From Candidatus Hydrogenedentota bacterium (lineage in GTDB: Bacteria; Hydrogenedentota; Hydrogenedentia; Hydrogenedentales; JAEUWI01): 64,000 bases of DNA. A program made the translations under genes and the position numbers. Position 1 is the stretch's first letter, and each line of letters begins with the position of its first letter. Of the stretch, positions 31,628-41,416 are shown one piece after another. The notes under the pieces are model-generated. The model saw only the letters and a list, made by a program, of their open reading frames with translations, ran no database searches and was not told the DNA's origin. The stretch is from assembly GCA_034669905.1 (NCBI GenBank), contig JAXMOL010000020.1, positions 1 to 64,000 of the forward strand, given 5' to 3'.

Positions 31628-32905
31628 TTATTCCTCAATGTGTTTGGCGCACTCAAAGGCTTTCAAGATGTGGCCCGACTGGGTGCGGTCCTCGGGGTAG
31701 AGGAATGTGGAGTCCAAGAGGCGGAGGCCCTCCAAGGGCGCCTTGTGATCGGGCATCATTTTCAGGAAGCCCGTCGGGCAAATGGCCTGGGCGTAGGGGG
31801 TGCGTGCTACGTGGCTAGCGACCAGGTCGTCGTCGGTCAGTTTGGGATTCATGCGCTTGATGCCGGCCCAGGATTCCTTCACCGCCTCGTCATCGGTCAT
31901 CTTGTAGCGGGCCGTATTGGTGGCTACGTAGTAGGGCACGTAAACGATGTGAAAGTCGTGTTCTTCCATGGGATTCAGGTTGGTGTATTCGATGATGCCG
32001 TTGAAGGGGATCCGCTCATCATGAACGTTGTACCAGAAATGTTTGGAGACGGCCTTCTTCAGCTTGAAGGAAACACACACGACGCCAATGTAGTCGATTC
32101 GATTCAACTGGGCGGCATACTCCTCGTAACCGGCCGGTAACAACGTCGAGAGTACGGTCAAGGGCACCGTAGAGACAACGCGATCGCAGTGGTAGTCCTC
32201 GTGCCCGTCAAAACGAAGGCCCGTGACATGGCCGTCCTCCGCCAGTATCTGGGTGACGGGCTGCTCCGCATGGACCCGAACGCCATCTTCTGCCAGGCGT
32301 TCGCGCAGTCCATCGAGCAATCGCTTCGTGCCGCCATCCAGATAGCCCATGCGTCCTTTGCACTTGGCCACGCGATGAATGCGGTGCCACACCCAGGCGG
32401 CGGATATCTTGTCGTGGAAGTCCCCAAACTTCAATTCGAGGAGGGGTTCCCAGATAACCTGGTAGGCTTGCTCACCCAAGCGGTCGATGAGCCAGGGTTT
32501 CGCGGTGAGCTCGTCCAATTGGACCCACTCTTTCCGGGAACGGGCCTCCAATGCAAAGAGCCCCAGGCGAATGCGTTGGGCGAAGGGGATACCGGGAAAT
32601 AGCAGGAGGTCGAGGGGGGTGAAAAAGTTGTAGGGCTTCCCGGCGTAATAAAAGCCGGTGGACGCCTTCTTAAAGCGCAGGTGCTCTGAGAGACGGAGTT
32701 CCTGGCAGAGGCGAAAGTAGCCAATGTCCGTCGTGCAGAGGAAGTGGTAAAAGTGCTCGATGTCGATGCCGTCGAAATCGAAGGTGGCAATCAGTCCGCC
32801 AAGGTCGGCTTCCCGCTGGAAGAGATCGACTTCGTGCCCGGCCTTACGTAAGGCCAGGGCCGTGCTGAGGCCGGCAATACCGGCTCCAATGATTCCTACG
32901 CGCAT
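31628..32905 (-). CDS. FAD-dependent oxidoreductase (amine oxidase/protoporphyrinogen oxidase-like)
   Basis: GIIGAGIAGL Rossmann motif, LGGL, EHFYH and YPEDR. Confidence 0.88.
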   Translation of the reverse strand: MRVGIIGAGIAGLSTALALRKAGHEVDLFQREADLGGLIATFDFDGIDIEHFYHFLCTTDIGYFRLCQELRLSEHLRFKKASTGFYYAGKPYNFFTPLDLLLFPGIPFAQRIRLGLFALEARSRKEWVQLDELTAKPWLIDRLGEQAYQVIWEPLLELKFGDFHDKISAAWVWHRIHRVAKCKGRMGYLDGGTKRLLDGLRERLAEDGVRVHAEQPVTQILAEDGHVTGLRFDGHEDYHCDRVVSTVPLTVLSTLLPAGYEEYAAQLNRIDYIGVVCVSFKLKKAVSKHFWYNVHDERIPFNGIIEYTNLNPMEEHDFHIVYVPYYVATNTARYKMTDDEAVKESWAGIKRMNPKLTDDDLVASHVARTPYAQAICPTGFLKMMPDHKAPLEGLRLLDSTFLYPEDRTQSGHILKAFECAKHIEE

Positions 32906-32972
32906 TCGATGGGCTCTCTTCCGCTACAGGTTACCGGCCACCCCGACGCGGGAGGGCAGGAAGGTCTGTCCC

Positions 32973-34880
32973 TTAGTCAGCAACAGCATACAGGGCATAG
33001 TCTTCTTCGGCAAGTACGCGCGTCAGGTTGAGGGACCAGGTCGCCGGGGTAATCACATGGGTGAAGCCATAGGTTTGAGAAAGTTGGCGCCATTCTTCGG
33101 TCGAGCGTCCCTGCCAGAGGATGTCCCGGGCGAGGGAAAAGGCCTTGTCCTGTCCATCCGGCGCGAAGCCGTAGCCGTAGAGGTCGCGATAGAGGGTGTC
33201 AATGGCAGGGCCGATTTCGGGGACGTAGCTGATAAGGGAGGGGGTGGCCGCCTCAGCGAGCACGGGGACGCCTGTTTTGGCCTGGAGTAAGATGCTATCG
33301 GGCGCTGCCAGCAAGAGGGCGCCCTCCGTTTCCGAGAGTCGGCTGGCCACCTGGGATTCAAAGGAGCTGAACGGGAGGGAGTGGGCGAGGCGGTGTTGTT
33401 GGAGCAATGTAAACGTGCTCCCGACCAGGAGGATGAGGGCTGGCACAAAGAGAATAGGGTGGAAAAACACGGGCTCCCGTCGCGCATTGCGGGTGATCAG
33501 GTAGCTACTCACGAGCCCGAGGAAGAGGCACATCGCGCCAAAGCGGTGGTAGAGCGCCAGGGCCACGATAGCCGCGAGAACGAGGTAGAAGTGAAGTTGG
33601 CGATCCTTGCGGCGCGTGGGTGCGAGGGCGAGGAGGGTAGCGCCGTAGAGGCCAAAGGCGACCCAGGTCCCATCGTTCAGGTAACGCGCGACGACTCCTG
33701 CCGGGAGATAGGGCATCCAGAATTCACGGGTCAGAAGCACCACCGTGGCGATACCGGTGATCCACCAACCGCGGATGGGCCAGCGCACGATGAGGAGGGC
33801 GCACATGACGGCGAGTGCGAGCGGTGGAACGTGATTAATCAGACGATAAGGCATCCAGGCGATAAGGATGAAAGGGATGTCGGCCCCTTTCCAGGCGTGG
33901 ATAGCCATGGTGCCCCAGACGGCCAGTGCGATACTGCCGCAATAGACGCTCAGCCAGATGCAACAGCGACGTATCGTCGCATCACGGCCGAACCGGGCAC
34001 CGAGTCCACCGAGGAGGAGGGTGCCGATGAGGATGACGTGGCCGTTTCCTGGGGGGAATTGGCGGTGAGGATCATGGTTCGCCGTATAGCCCTGCCAGAC
34101 GGCTTTTACATCCCCCGAGACCGCGAAGGGGCCCTCCGTGGCGGGGGGCATGACAAACTGTCGCTGGATGACAAAGAACGCCGCCGTGATGCCCAGTCCA
34201 ATCAGCACCATGGTCAACAGGGTCTTGAAGGGGGGCAGGGGCGCGGGGTCGTCGCGGTGTTTTTGCAGATGGAGATACCCGAGCCAGATGGCATAGGCCG
34301 TGAGCGTGGCGACCAGGGGGGGCCATTGTCCAATATGGATGGCGGGAATAAGCCCCAGGAGCAACCAGGCGCTGCGATGGGCCTGCACCAGCAAGGCACC
34401 CAGCGCCAGAAGCACCACGCCGCCCCCGATGTGGCCGTTGGAGTAGAGGGCAGGCCAGACCATGGTGGGGTAGCTGCCATCGAACTCGAGCAAGAGGCCC
34501 TGCAGGAGCAGAAAGGCCGCGAGCAAGCCCGCCAGCACCGAACGGGCCATCGTGGTGGCGATGACATAGACGGGCAATAGGCTTGCCAGCAAAAACAGAA
34601 CGTTGCGGAGTCCGCAAAACAGCGCGGGGCCCATGCCGAGCTTCACGGCCAGACCCGCGAGCCAGGTCTGAAGGCTGAAGGCATTGTGGACATAGACTGC
34701 CAGGGGGTGGCCGGCGGGATAGGTGACCTGCCCCGCCAGAATCTGGGCGTGCTCGTAGCTTTCGTCCCACTGGACGCCCCGGGCAATGACCGCGAGCACC
34801 GCGAAAAGGGTGCAGGTCACGATGCCAGCCCAGAAGAGGGCACGGGACACGGGCGTATTTACGAGATCGTCAGTCCGCAA
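32973..34880 (-). CDS. Multi-pass membrane protein (possibly GT-C-like)
   Basis: About 12 hydrophobic segments, WDE motif after the first TM, soluble C-terminus; start uncertain (TTG 34880 with GGAAGG). Confidence 0.65.
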   Translation of the reverse strand: MRTDDLVNTPVSRALFWAGIVTCTLFAVLAVIARGVQWDESYEHAQILAGQVTYPAGHPLAVYVHNAFSLQTWLAGLAVKLGMGPALFCGLRNVLFLLASLLPVYVIATTMARSVLAGLLAAFLLLQGLLLEFDGSYPTMVWPALYSNGHIGGGVVLLALGALLVQAHRSAWLLLGLIPAIHIGQWPPLVATLTAYAIWLGYLHLQKHRDDPAPLPPFKTLLTMVLIGLGITAAFFVIQRQFVMPPATEGPFAVSGDVKAVWQGYTANHDPHRQFPPGNGHVILIGTLLLGGLGARFGRDATIRRCCIWLSVYCGSIALAVWGTMAIHAWKGADIPFILIAWMPYRLINHVPPLALAVMCALLIVRWPIRGWWITGIATVVLLTREFWMPYLPAGVVARYLNDGTWVAFGLYGATLLALAPTRRKDRQLHFYLVLAAIVALALYHRFGAMCLFLGLVSSYLITRNARREPVFFHPILFVPALILLVGSTFTLLQQHRLAHSLPFSSFESQVASRLSETEGALLLAAPDSILLQAKTGVPVLAEAATPSLISYVPEIGPAIDTLYRDLYGYGFAPDGQDKAFSLARDILWQGRSTEEWRQLSQTYGFTHVITPATWSLNLTRVLAEEDYALYAVAD

Positions 34881-34927
34881 ACGGGGATTTCCTTCCGACG
34901 GGAGTATAGGGTGATTGAAGACGAGAG

Positions 34928-35812
34928 TTAAACAGCCGGGGTTGTTTGCTGGTTCCGCGTCCGGGTGGAGATAAGTCCTACCTGTCCGAAGGCAACCCCC
35001 ATGTGGCGCGCAATGATCTCGCACTTGGCCCGTAGAATCAAGAAGACGTTGCCGTCAAATTCATCAATGGTCTCGTAGTTCCCCTGGCCTTTACCGATAA
35101 TGACGTCGGCGGCGGCCATGCGATCGAGGAAAGATTGGGGGACTTGCTCCAGCGGCGAGCCGATAAAGGCACCACCGTTGTCGATGACGTCACACACGGC
35201 GGTCAGCCCCACCAGTTCGGCGTCGGCCCGCACCACGTCATTCAGCATGGGCGCGCCTTTGACCACAGCGGTCACGGTGGTGTGTTTTTGGAGTTCTTCA
35301 ATCAGGAGTTTGTCAAAGACGATTTCTCCGGCGTTGTCCAGCAGATAAAGGAGATCATCACAATTTTCCAAGGCGGCCTTGAGTACGTCGGTGTGGTCGA
35401 CAGAGAATCGCTCGTGGAGCACTTCTTCAATCACCTTTTCGATATCAATTTCTTCGCTGTCAAGGATACCCAGGTCGATAACGTTTCCGGCTGCCGCGAG
35501 ATGGAGGGCCGTTACAAGGGGATCGGCGCTCTCTTTGATACGGCTTCGCATGGAGGCCTCAAGGGAAAGGGCCATCTCGTTTTGTGCCTGTTTCAGGGCC
35601 TCGTAGGGATCCGTCTTGCCCGAGTGCTTTGCCGCCAGTTGGTAGGCGGTCATGGAAAGGGACGCCGGTGAATCGTTGGTATCCATTTGCGGTATGCGGG
35701 CCAGTGTTTCATCGAGTATTTTTCGCTGCGTGGCCGTATCGTCGGTGGCAATACGGGCGGCGCGGAGGGCCTGTTTGGCGACACATTCGAGACAGTCTAG
35801 GGTGGCTTTCAT
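34928..35812 (-). CDS. DUF89/ARMT1-like damage-control phosphatase
   Basis: CLEC, AGNVID, LDNAGEIVFD, KGQGNYE and AKC. Confidence 0.9.
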   Translation of the reverse strand: MKATLDCLECVAKQALRAARIATDDTATQRKILDETLARIPQMDTNDSPASLSMTAYQLAAKHSGKTDPYEALKQAQNEMALSLEASMRSRIKESADPLVTALHLAAAGNVIDLGILDSEEIDIEKVIEEVLHERFSVDHTDVLKAALENCDDLLYLLDNAGEIVFDKLLIEELQKHTTVTAVVKGAPMLNDVVRADAELVGLTAVCDVIDNGGAFIGSPLEQVPQSFLDRMAAADVIIGKGQGNYETIDEFDGNVFLILRAKCEIIARHMGVAFGQVGLISTRTRNQQTTPAV

Positions 35813-36013
35813 ACCGGTGCTTTCAGGGGTGGTGGATGGTGTGTTGGTCGACGGGGTCCCCCGCCGGGTAAACGTCGGTTATTATACCCCGTTGGACATG
35901 ACCGAATATATTCTGTTCTAATCGGTATCTTAATCAGTAACCCGTTCTCCGACCCGTTTGCAGACAAACGTGCCCCGTGAGAACTTGTTTTTTACGTACG
36001 AAGAGGATTTGTC

Positions 36014-36562
36014 ATGGGTGGCTTTTTAGAAGGTGCGACAACGCTCATGGATAATACCATGTCCATCGCGGGATGGAGTTTTTTCGGCCTCGCGATCATT
36101 ATCGGGCTTGGTCTGGATATGGTGGGATTGTTTGGTAATTGGATTATCCTGGGCGCGTGCGTTATCGCGTGGGTGGCGACCGGTTTCGATCATTTCGGGA
36201 TCTGGGGCCTTCTCTTCATGACGGGCTTTGCCGTGTTGGGTGAAGTGCTCGAGACCGCCTTTGCGGGCTACGGTGCGAAGAAGTTTGGCGGCAGCAAAGG
36301 AAGCATCGTGGCAGCGCTGGTCGGCTGTATTCTGGGCGCCATTGCGGGCACGTTTATTCCCATCCCCATTATCGGCACCCTGATCGGTGCGTGTCTGGGG
36401 GCCTTCCTCGGCGCGGCGCTCTATGAATACATCAAGATGGAGAAGCGGGCCGGCGAAGCGGCCTGGACCGGATTGGGTGCCGCGCTGGGTAAAGTGGGCG
36501 GGCTTTTTGCCAAGCTCTTCTGCGGTTTCGCCATGCTGGTGGTGATATTCTTCAGTTTCTAA
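36014..36562 (+). CDS. DUF456 family membrane protein
   Basis: GAKKFGGSK and Gly-rich TM helices GAFLGAALYE; the start may be a downstream ATG. Confidence 0.82.
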   Translation: MGGFLEGATTLMDNTMSIAGWSFFGLAIIIGLGLDMVGLFGNWIILGACVIAWVATGFDHFGIWGLLFMTGFAVLGEVLETAFAGYGAKKFGGSKGSIVAALVGCILGAIAGTFIPIPIIGTLIGACLGAFLGAALYEYIKMEKRAGEAAWTGLGAALGKVGGLFAKLFCGFAMLVVIFFSF

Positions 36563-36646
36563 GTGGCCTGCCTGGAGCCACCGTATCATGGTGGCGACGT
36601 TGCGTCGGGGCGACGCTGCAGTGGGGAAAAGTAAAAGGATTCCGAT

Positions 36647-38086
36647 ATGATTAGTCGATGCATTGCGCGTGTGTTCCTGTTGGCCAGCCTCGTGGGCGCG
36701 GCGGTAACGGGTTATGCGGAAAAACCCAACGTGGTATTGATTTTTACCGATGACCAGGGCTACGGCGATTTGGGGTGCTACGGGGCCGAGGGCTACGAGA
36801 CACCCCACATCGACCGCATGGCGGCAGAAGGCGTCCGTTTTACGGATTTCTATGTGCCCGCACCTGTCTGCACCCCTTCGCGGGCGGCCCTGCTCACCGG
36901 GTGTTATCCCATGCGCCTGGGCTTAGGCAATCGGGTCTTCTTTCCCTACTCTATGCGGGGGCTCAATCCCTCGGAGACGACCCTGGCCGAGCTGCTGAAG
37001 GAAGCGGGTTACGCTACCGGGATGGTGGGCAAGTGGCACCTGGGGCACCACACGCCCTTTTTGCCAACCCGCCAGGGCTTCGACAGCTTTTTCGGCACGC
37101 CCTATAGCAACGATATGAACAGCCACTACTATAAGCAATTCGACTTCCGGTCGCCGCCCCTGCCCCTCATGCGCGGTGAGCATGTCGTCGAGCGCGACCC
37201 GGACCAGCGCTATCTGACGCGGCGCTATACAGAAGAAGCGGTTCGTTATATCCATGCCCATAAAGAGGCGCCCTTCTTTCTCTATGTAGCCCATAATATG
37301 CCCCACGTCCCGATTTACGCGTCGGATGAGTTTGCCGGGAGCACCGCCCATGGGCGCTATGGGGATGTGATCGCGGAGATAGACTGGAGCGTGGGGGAAA
37401 TCCTCGCTGCACTGGAGTCCGCAGGCGTGGCAGAAAATACGCTGGTTATTTTTACGAGTGACAATGGCCCCGTTACCGGGCAGCGCAAGAGTCCGGATGG
37501 CCCCTATAACTCGGGTTCCGCCGGGCCGCTCCGGGGACGGAAGAATCAGACCTGGGAGGGAGGCATGCGGGTGCCCGCCATCATGCGGTGGCCGGGCACG
37601 GTGCCCGCCGGGACGGTGGCGACCGAGTTGAGCACCGCCATGGACATCTTGCCGACGATTGCGGCGATTGTGGACGTGCCCCTGCCCACGGCGACCATCG
37701 ACGGGAAGGATATTTTTCCCATCATGACCGGCAAGTCGGAGGGAAAATCGCCCTATGAAGCCTTCTACTACTACCGGGATAACCGCCTCCAGGCCGTGCG
37801 CAGTGGCCCCTGGAAACTCCATGTCTTTCGACCGGAGTGGGATGGGAAGGCGCACGCACCTCTGTTGTATCACCTCGGTGAAGACATCGGGGAAAGGACG
37901 GATGTGGCTGCCCAACACCCAGACGTCGTGAGCGCCTTAGAGAAATTGGCGGAGGAGGCGCGAAATGAATTGGGTGACGCCGTTGTGGGGCAGATCGGCG
38001 CGAACGTGCGGGACACGGCCCTATTCGGTTCAGACCGGAAGGGCGACGATGGTCATCTGATTACACCCGGGGGTCTCAAAAAATGA
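36647..38086 (+). CDS. Arylsulfatase (Cys-type sulfatase)
   Basis: PNVVLIFTDDQGYGD, CTPSRAALLTG, GKWHLG and FTSDNG; signal peptide. Confidence 0.95.
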   Translation: MISRCIARVFLLASLVGAAVTGYAEKPNVVLIFTDDQGYGDLGCYGAEGYETPHIDRMAAEGVRFTDFYVPAPVCTPSRAALLTGCYPMRLGLGNRVFFPYSMRGLNPSETTLAELLKEAGYATGMVGKWHLGHHTPFLPTRQGFDSFFGTPYSNDMNSHYYKQFDFRSPPLPLMRGEHVVERDPDQRYLTRRYTEEAVRYIHAHKEAPFFLYVAHNMPHVPIYASDEFAGSTAHGRYGDVIAEIDWSVGEILAALESAGVAENTLVIFTSDNGPVTGQRKSPDGPYNSGSAGPLRGRKNQTWEGGMRVPAIMRWPGTVPAGTVATELSTAMDILPTIAAIVDVPLPTATIDGKDIFPIMTGKSEGKSPYEAFYYYRDNRLQAVRSGPWKLHVFRPEWDGKAHAPLLYHLGEDIGERTDVAAQHPDVVSALEKLAEEARNELGDAVVGQIGANVRDTALFGSDRKGDDGHLITPGGLKK

Positions 38087-38241
38087 CGGGGAGGCGGGGG
38101 TGCATACCGTTTGCAGGGCCGTGAAGCCCTGCGATTACCGGTGAAATCGGTGAATTTTCTTGCATCCTCGCGGGTAGACCCCGTATGATCACGGGCTAAC
38201 CCACCAACCCCCAGCCCGTCCCGGGCGATCAGGAAATTTGA

Positions 38242-41200
38242 ATGAGCACCCCACGCACGCATGTATCTCTGGATGGCACCTGGACTCTGGCCCTCGACCC
38301 GAAACACGTCGGTGTCGACAAGCGCTGGTTTGAGAAGGCCCCCTCGGAACAAAAAGAGATTCAGTTGCCCACGATGCAGTCGCAAGACATTGCTGCCCAG
38401 GGCGGCGTGGGATGGTTCTTCAAGACCTTTGAAACGGATGCCGCCTGGAAGGGTTCTTTCGTTTCGCTTCAGCTGGGTATGACCCGATTCCCGTCCCGCA
38501 TCTGGCTCAACGGTACGCAATTGGGCGATCACGTGGGCGGCGGCACCCCGGCCACATTTCCGATCAGTGCGCAGCTGAAATCCGGCACGAATCTATTGGC
38601 CATTCGCCTCGAACTCTTCGGGCAGGATGAGGAAGTGGTGGGTGAGCTTCCGGTCTACTATCCCGGCGATGTGCCTGCCGACGTTTCCCTGGCGGTCATG
38701 CCCAAGGCGCACATCGAACAGATCTATCTGCAGCCCGACATCCGCCGGAAGCGCGTGAAAGTTCAGGTGGAAGCCCCATCGGGTGCAACGGTTCATCTGC
38801 AGATCGAGGGCACGGAAAACCGTATCGAGGGCGAGCCCGGCGAATTGGTCCTGCCCTTCCCCGAATTCGAATGCTGGTCCCCCACGAAGCCCCAGCGCTA
38901 CGTCCTCCGGGTGGACCTGATTAACAGTGACGACAATGTGGACAGCCTGTCCATCCCCTTTGGGATGCGTGAGTTCACCGTCAAAGACGAGCGCTTCTAC
39001 CTGAATAATCGCCCCCATTTTGTGAAGTGCGCGAGCTATGTGCCCCAGTATCCGTCCACACTCAAGGCGGACAAGCTGGACATGCTCATCAAGCGGGAAC
39101 TGACCCTCCTGAAAGAGGGCGGCTTCAATACGATTCGTATTTGCGATGCTCCCGCGCCCGAAGCGCTGCTGGAAATGGCCGATTCGATGGGTCTGCTCGT
39201 CTTCGCAGAAGCGGGTGATGCCGACTCCTTTGGCAGCACGCCTGAATGGCAGCGGGCGGTTGAGGCCCTGGTCCTGCGCGATCGGAATCGCGCCTCCGTG
39301 GTGGCCTGGTGTGGCATCCACGTGGTGCATCCAAATGCGAAGCCTTCTCAAAACCTCCCGGCTTCCTGTGCCGCAGACATTCGTGCCCTGGACCCGAGTC
39401 GCCTTCTGCTGTGTGATGCGCCCCCCCGTCGGGGTATCAAGTATTTTTCGTCGACGTTGGTGCGTCCCTACCGGGATGATGCCGAGGCCTATGAATCCTA
39501 CGATACGGCGATTATCCCGCCCGTTGGGCAGCTTGCCAAAGACTACCTGCGTTTTTCCGGGGATCCGGCCCGCCTCAACTACCAGGCCCGCCTCAGTGTG
39601 GGGGGGACCGCCGGGTGGGCAGACGGTACAGCGGCAGGTAAGGCGGAACAAAAGCAATTCGAAGAAACCTTTCTGGCCCGGAAGATGGAACGCTGTTTCG
39701 GCAGTGTGGAAAACTTCATCGCGGCCGCGCAGAAGATGCAGGACACGGCCCTCAAGACACAGATTGATGCGGTCCGCTCCAACGTGAAGATGATGGGCTA
39801 CGGCGTAGAGTATCTCTGCGACGGTCCTTCGACGGCCCCCTTCGGTCTGGCCGACATCAAGCGCCAACCCAAGGCCGTGTTGACCGCATTGAAACAGGTG
39901 CAGCAAGAGGTCCGGCCGGTTATTCAGATGTACAAGACCAACTTGGTTCCCCGCGAAGAAGTGGGCGTGACCATTTTGCTGGTCAACGAAGCGCGTATTG
40001 AAGGGCGGGCTGAACTCTCCCTTCAGGTCGTGGGTCCCACGAATCAGGTGCTTTGGAAAAAGAAACGGCAGGTGAAGATTCCCCGTCATGGCCGGGAAAT
40101 CTGGACCGGCGAGATTGCCGCCTCGGGCTCTCCGGGGCCCCACCGCTTTGTGGTGCGCCTGATTCAGGACCGAAAGGTAGTCGGCGAGAATTCGGTGGAC
40201 CTCCATGTTGTGCAGCCCCTCAAGACCGAGCCCGTGGAAGTGAATGTGTTGGGTGAAGAGTCGAAGTGGCACAAGGCGGTCGGTCGCTTCGCCAAGCTTC
40301 ACAATTTTCTTGCACCAATCCATATTGTTCCGCCCATCACCAATTCCATTCGGGCCTATCCCGCCCATGATCTGTTTCAGATGCTCGCCCAGGTGAACGA
40401 GGGGGCGGTGGCGATCGTATTCAGCCCACCGGAAGACTGGAATGACATCACGGAGTACGTGGGCAGTAGTTTGAAGATATCCTCCCAACGTATCGACGAA
40501 GGGCAGCGAATTAACCACCATTACGCCAAATTGCATCCGGTATTTGACGGACTCCCTTCACGGGATCTGATGCGTCAGCCCTATCAGAACCTGCTTTCCA
40601 TGTGGGCCTTTGAAAACGACAGCGACGAAGAGATGACCGGGGTGCACAGTGTGTTCCGGGAGGCAGGCGGCCCGCTTCGGCACTGGTGGGGCAACAACAT
40701 TACAGTCAAACGGCTGGGTGCAGGCCGGGTCGTATTTACCCACCTGCGCGTGCTTGAGCACCTTGGTAGTGACCCGGTGGCCGACCGCTTTTTCGTCAAC
40801 CTTCTACAGCACTTCTCCCGCCGCTCCATTCCTTCGACCGAACTGATTGGGGCTGACCAACGGGCCGTGGGCTGGATGGCCCAGCAGCGCAATACGGGCT
40901 GTCGCAAATGGATGGTGCTTGGCTCGTTCCCCAACTGGAACGGGCGCTCGGGCCACGACGCGGTCTTTCCGCCCGAAACGGCCATCGATTTCGACGCGAC
41001 CTATCCGGGATGGTACCGGGCCCTGCGTTGGAAGAACTGGAATACCCGTGATGTAAACCGTCATACCATCGATTTTACCGCAGCCCTTGACGGCGATGTC
41101 GGTACGGGGGAACCCACGCCCTATGGCACGGCCTACGCCTATGCGGAGTTCAGCTGTGATCGTCGCCAGGAGGTTGCCCTCAACCTGGAAGGCGGACATG

Positions 41201-41409
41201 CCACCAAAGTCTGGATGAATGGCATGCGCATTCATGAGACCGACCTGGACGAAGAAGGACGCGGGGACTACGAGACCCTGGTCAGTTGGGTGAAGCAGGG
41301 TAAGAACACCCTGCTCGTCAAGTGTTCCAAAGGTCCGGGTCCCTTTAAGCTTGCCGTCGATATCGATCCCACCGGGACCGCTCCGCTGCTGCTTAACTGG
41401 TGGAAATAG
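38242..41409 (+). CDS. Glycoside hydrolase family 2-fold protein, catalytic motifs degenerate
   Basis: SLDGTW, WSPTKPQRY, FGMREF, FNTIR, DSMGLLV, RDRN and LDPSR follow GH2 order, but WSxGNE is replaced by WCGIHV. Confidence 0.8.
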   Translation: MSTPRTHVSLDGTWTLALDPKHVGVDKRWFEKAPSEQKEIQLPTMQSQDIAAQGGVGWFFKTFETDAAWKGSFVSLQLGMTRFPSRIWLNGTQLGDHVGGGTPATFPISAQLKSGTNLLAIRLELFGQDEEVVGELPVYYPGDVPADVSLAVMPKAHIEQIYLQPDIRRKRVKVQVEAPSGATVHLQIEGTENRIEGEPGELVLPFPEFECWSPTKPQRYVLRVDLINSDDNVDSLSIPFGMREFTVKDERFYLNNRPHFVKCASYVPQYPSTLKADKLDMLIKRELTLLKEGGFNTIRICDAPAPEALLEMADSMGLLVFAEAGDADSFGSTPEWQRAVEALVLRDRNRASVVAWCGIHVVHPNAKPSQNLPASCAADIRALDPSRLLLCDAPPRRGIKYFSSTLVRPYRDDAEAYESYDTAIIPPVGQLAKDYLRFSGDPARLNYQARLSVGGTAGWADGTAAGKAEQKQFEETFLARKMERCFGSVENFIAAAQKMQDTALKTQIDAVRSNVKMMGYGVEYLCDGPSTAPFGLADIKRQPKAVLTALKQVQQEVRPVIQMYKTNLVPREEVGVTILLVNEARIEGRAELSLQVVGPTNQVLWKKKRQVKIPRHGREIWTGEIAASGSPGPHRFVVRLIQDRKVVGENSVDLHVVQPLKTEPVEVNVLGEESKWHKAVGRFAKLHNFLAPIHIVPPITNSIRAYPAHDLFQMLAQVNEGAVAIVFSPPEDWNDITEYVGSSLKISSQRIDEGQRINHHYAKLHPVFDGLPSRDLMRQPYQNLLSMWAFENDSDEEMTGVHSVFREAGGPLRHWWGNNITVKRLGAGRVVFTHLRVLEHLGSDPVADRFFVNLLQHFSRRSIPSTELIGADQRAVGWMAQQRNTGCRKWMVLGSFPNWNGRSGHDAVFPPETAIDFDATYPGWYRALRWKNWNTRDVNRHTIDFTAALDGDVGTGEPTPYGTAYAYAEFSCDRRQEVALNLEGGHATKVWMNGMRIHETDLDEEGRGDYETLVSWVKQGKNTLLVKCSKGPGPFKLAVDIDPTGTAPLLLNWWK

Positions 41410-41416
41410 CGTCCGT

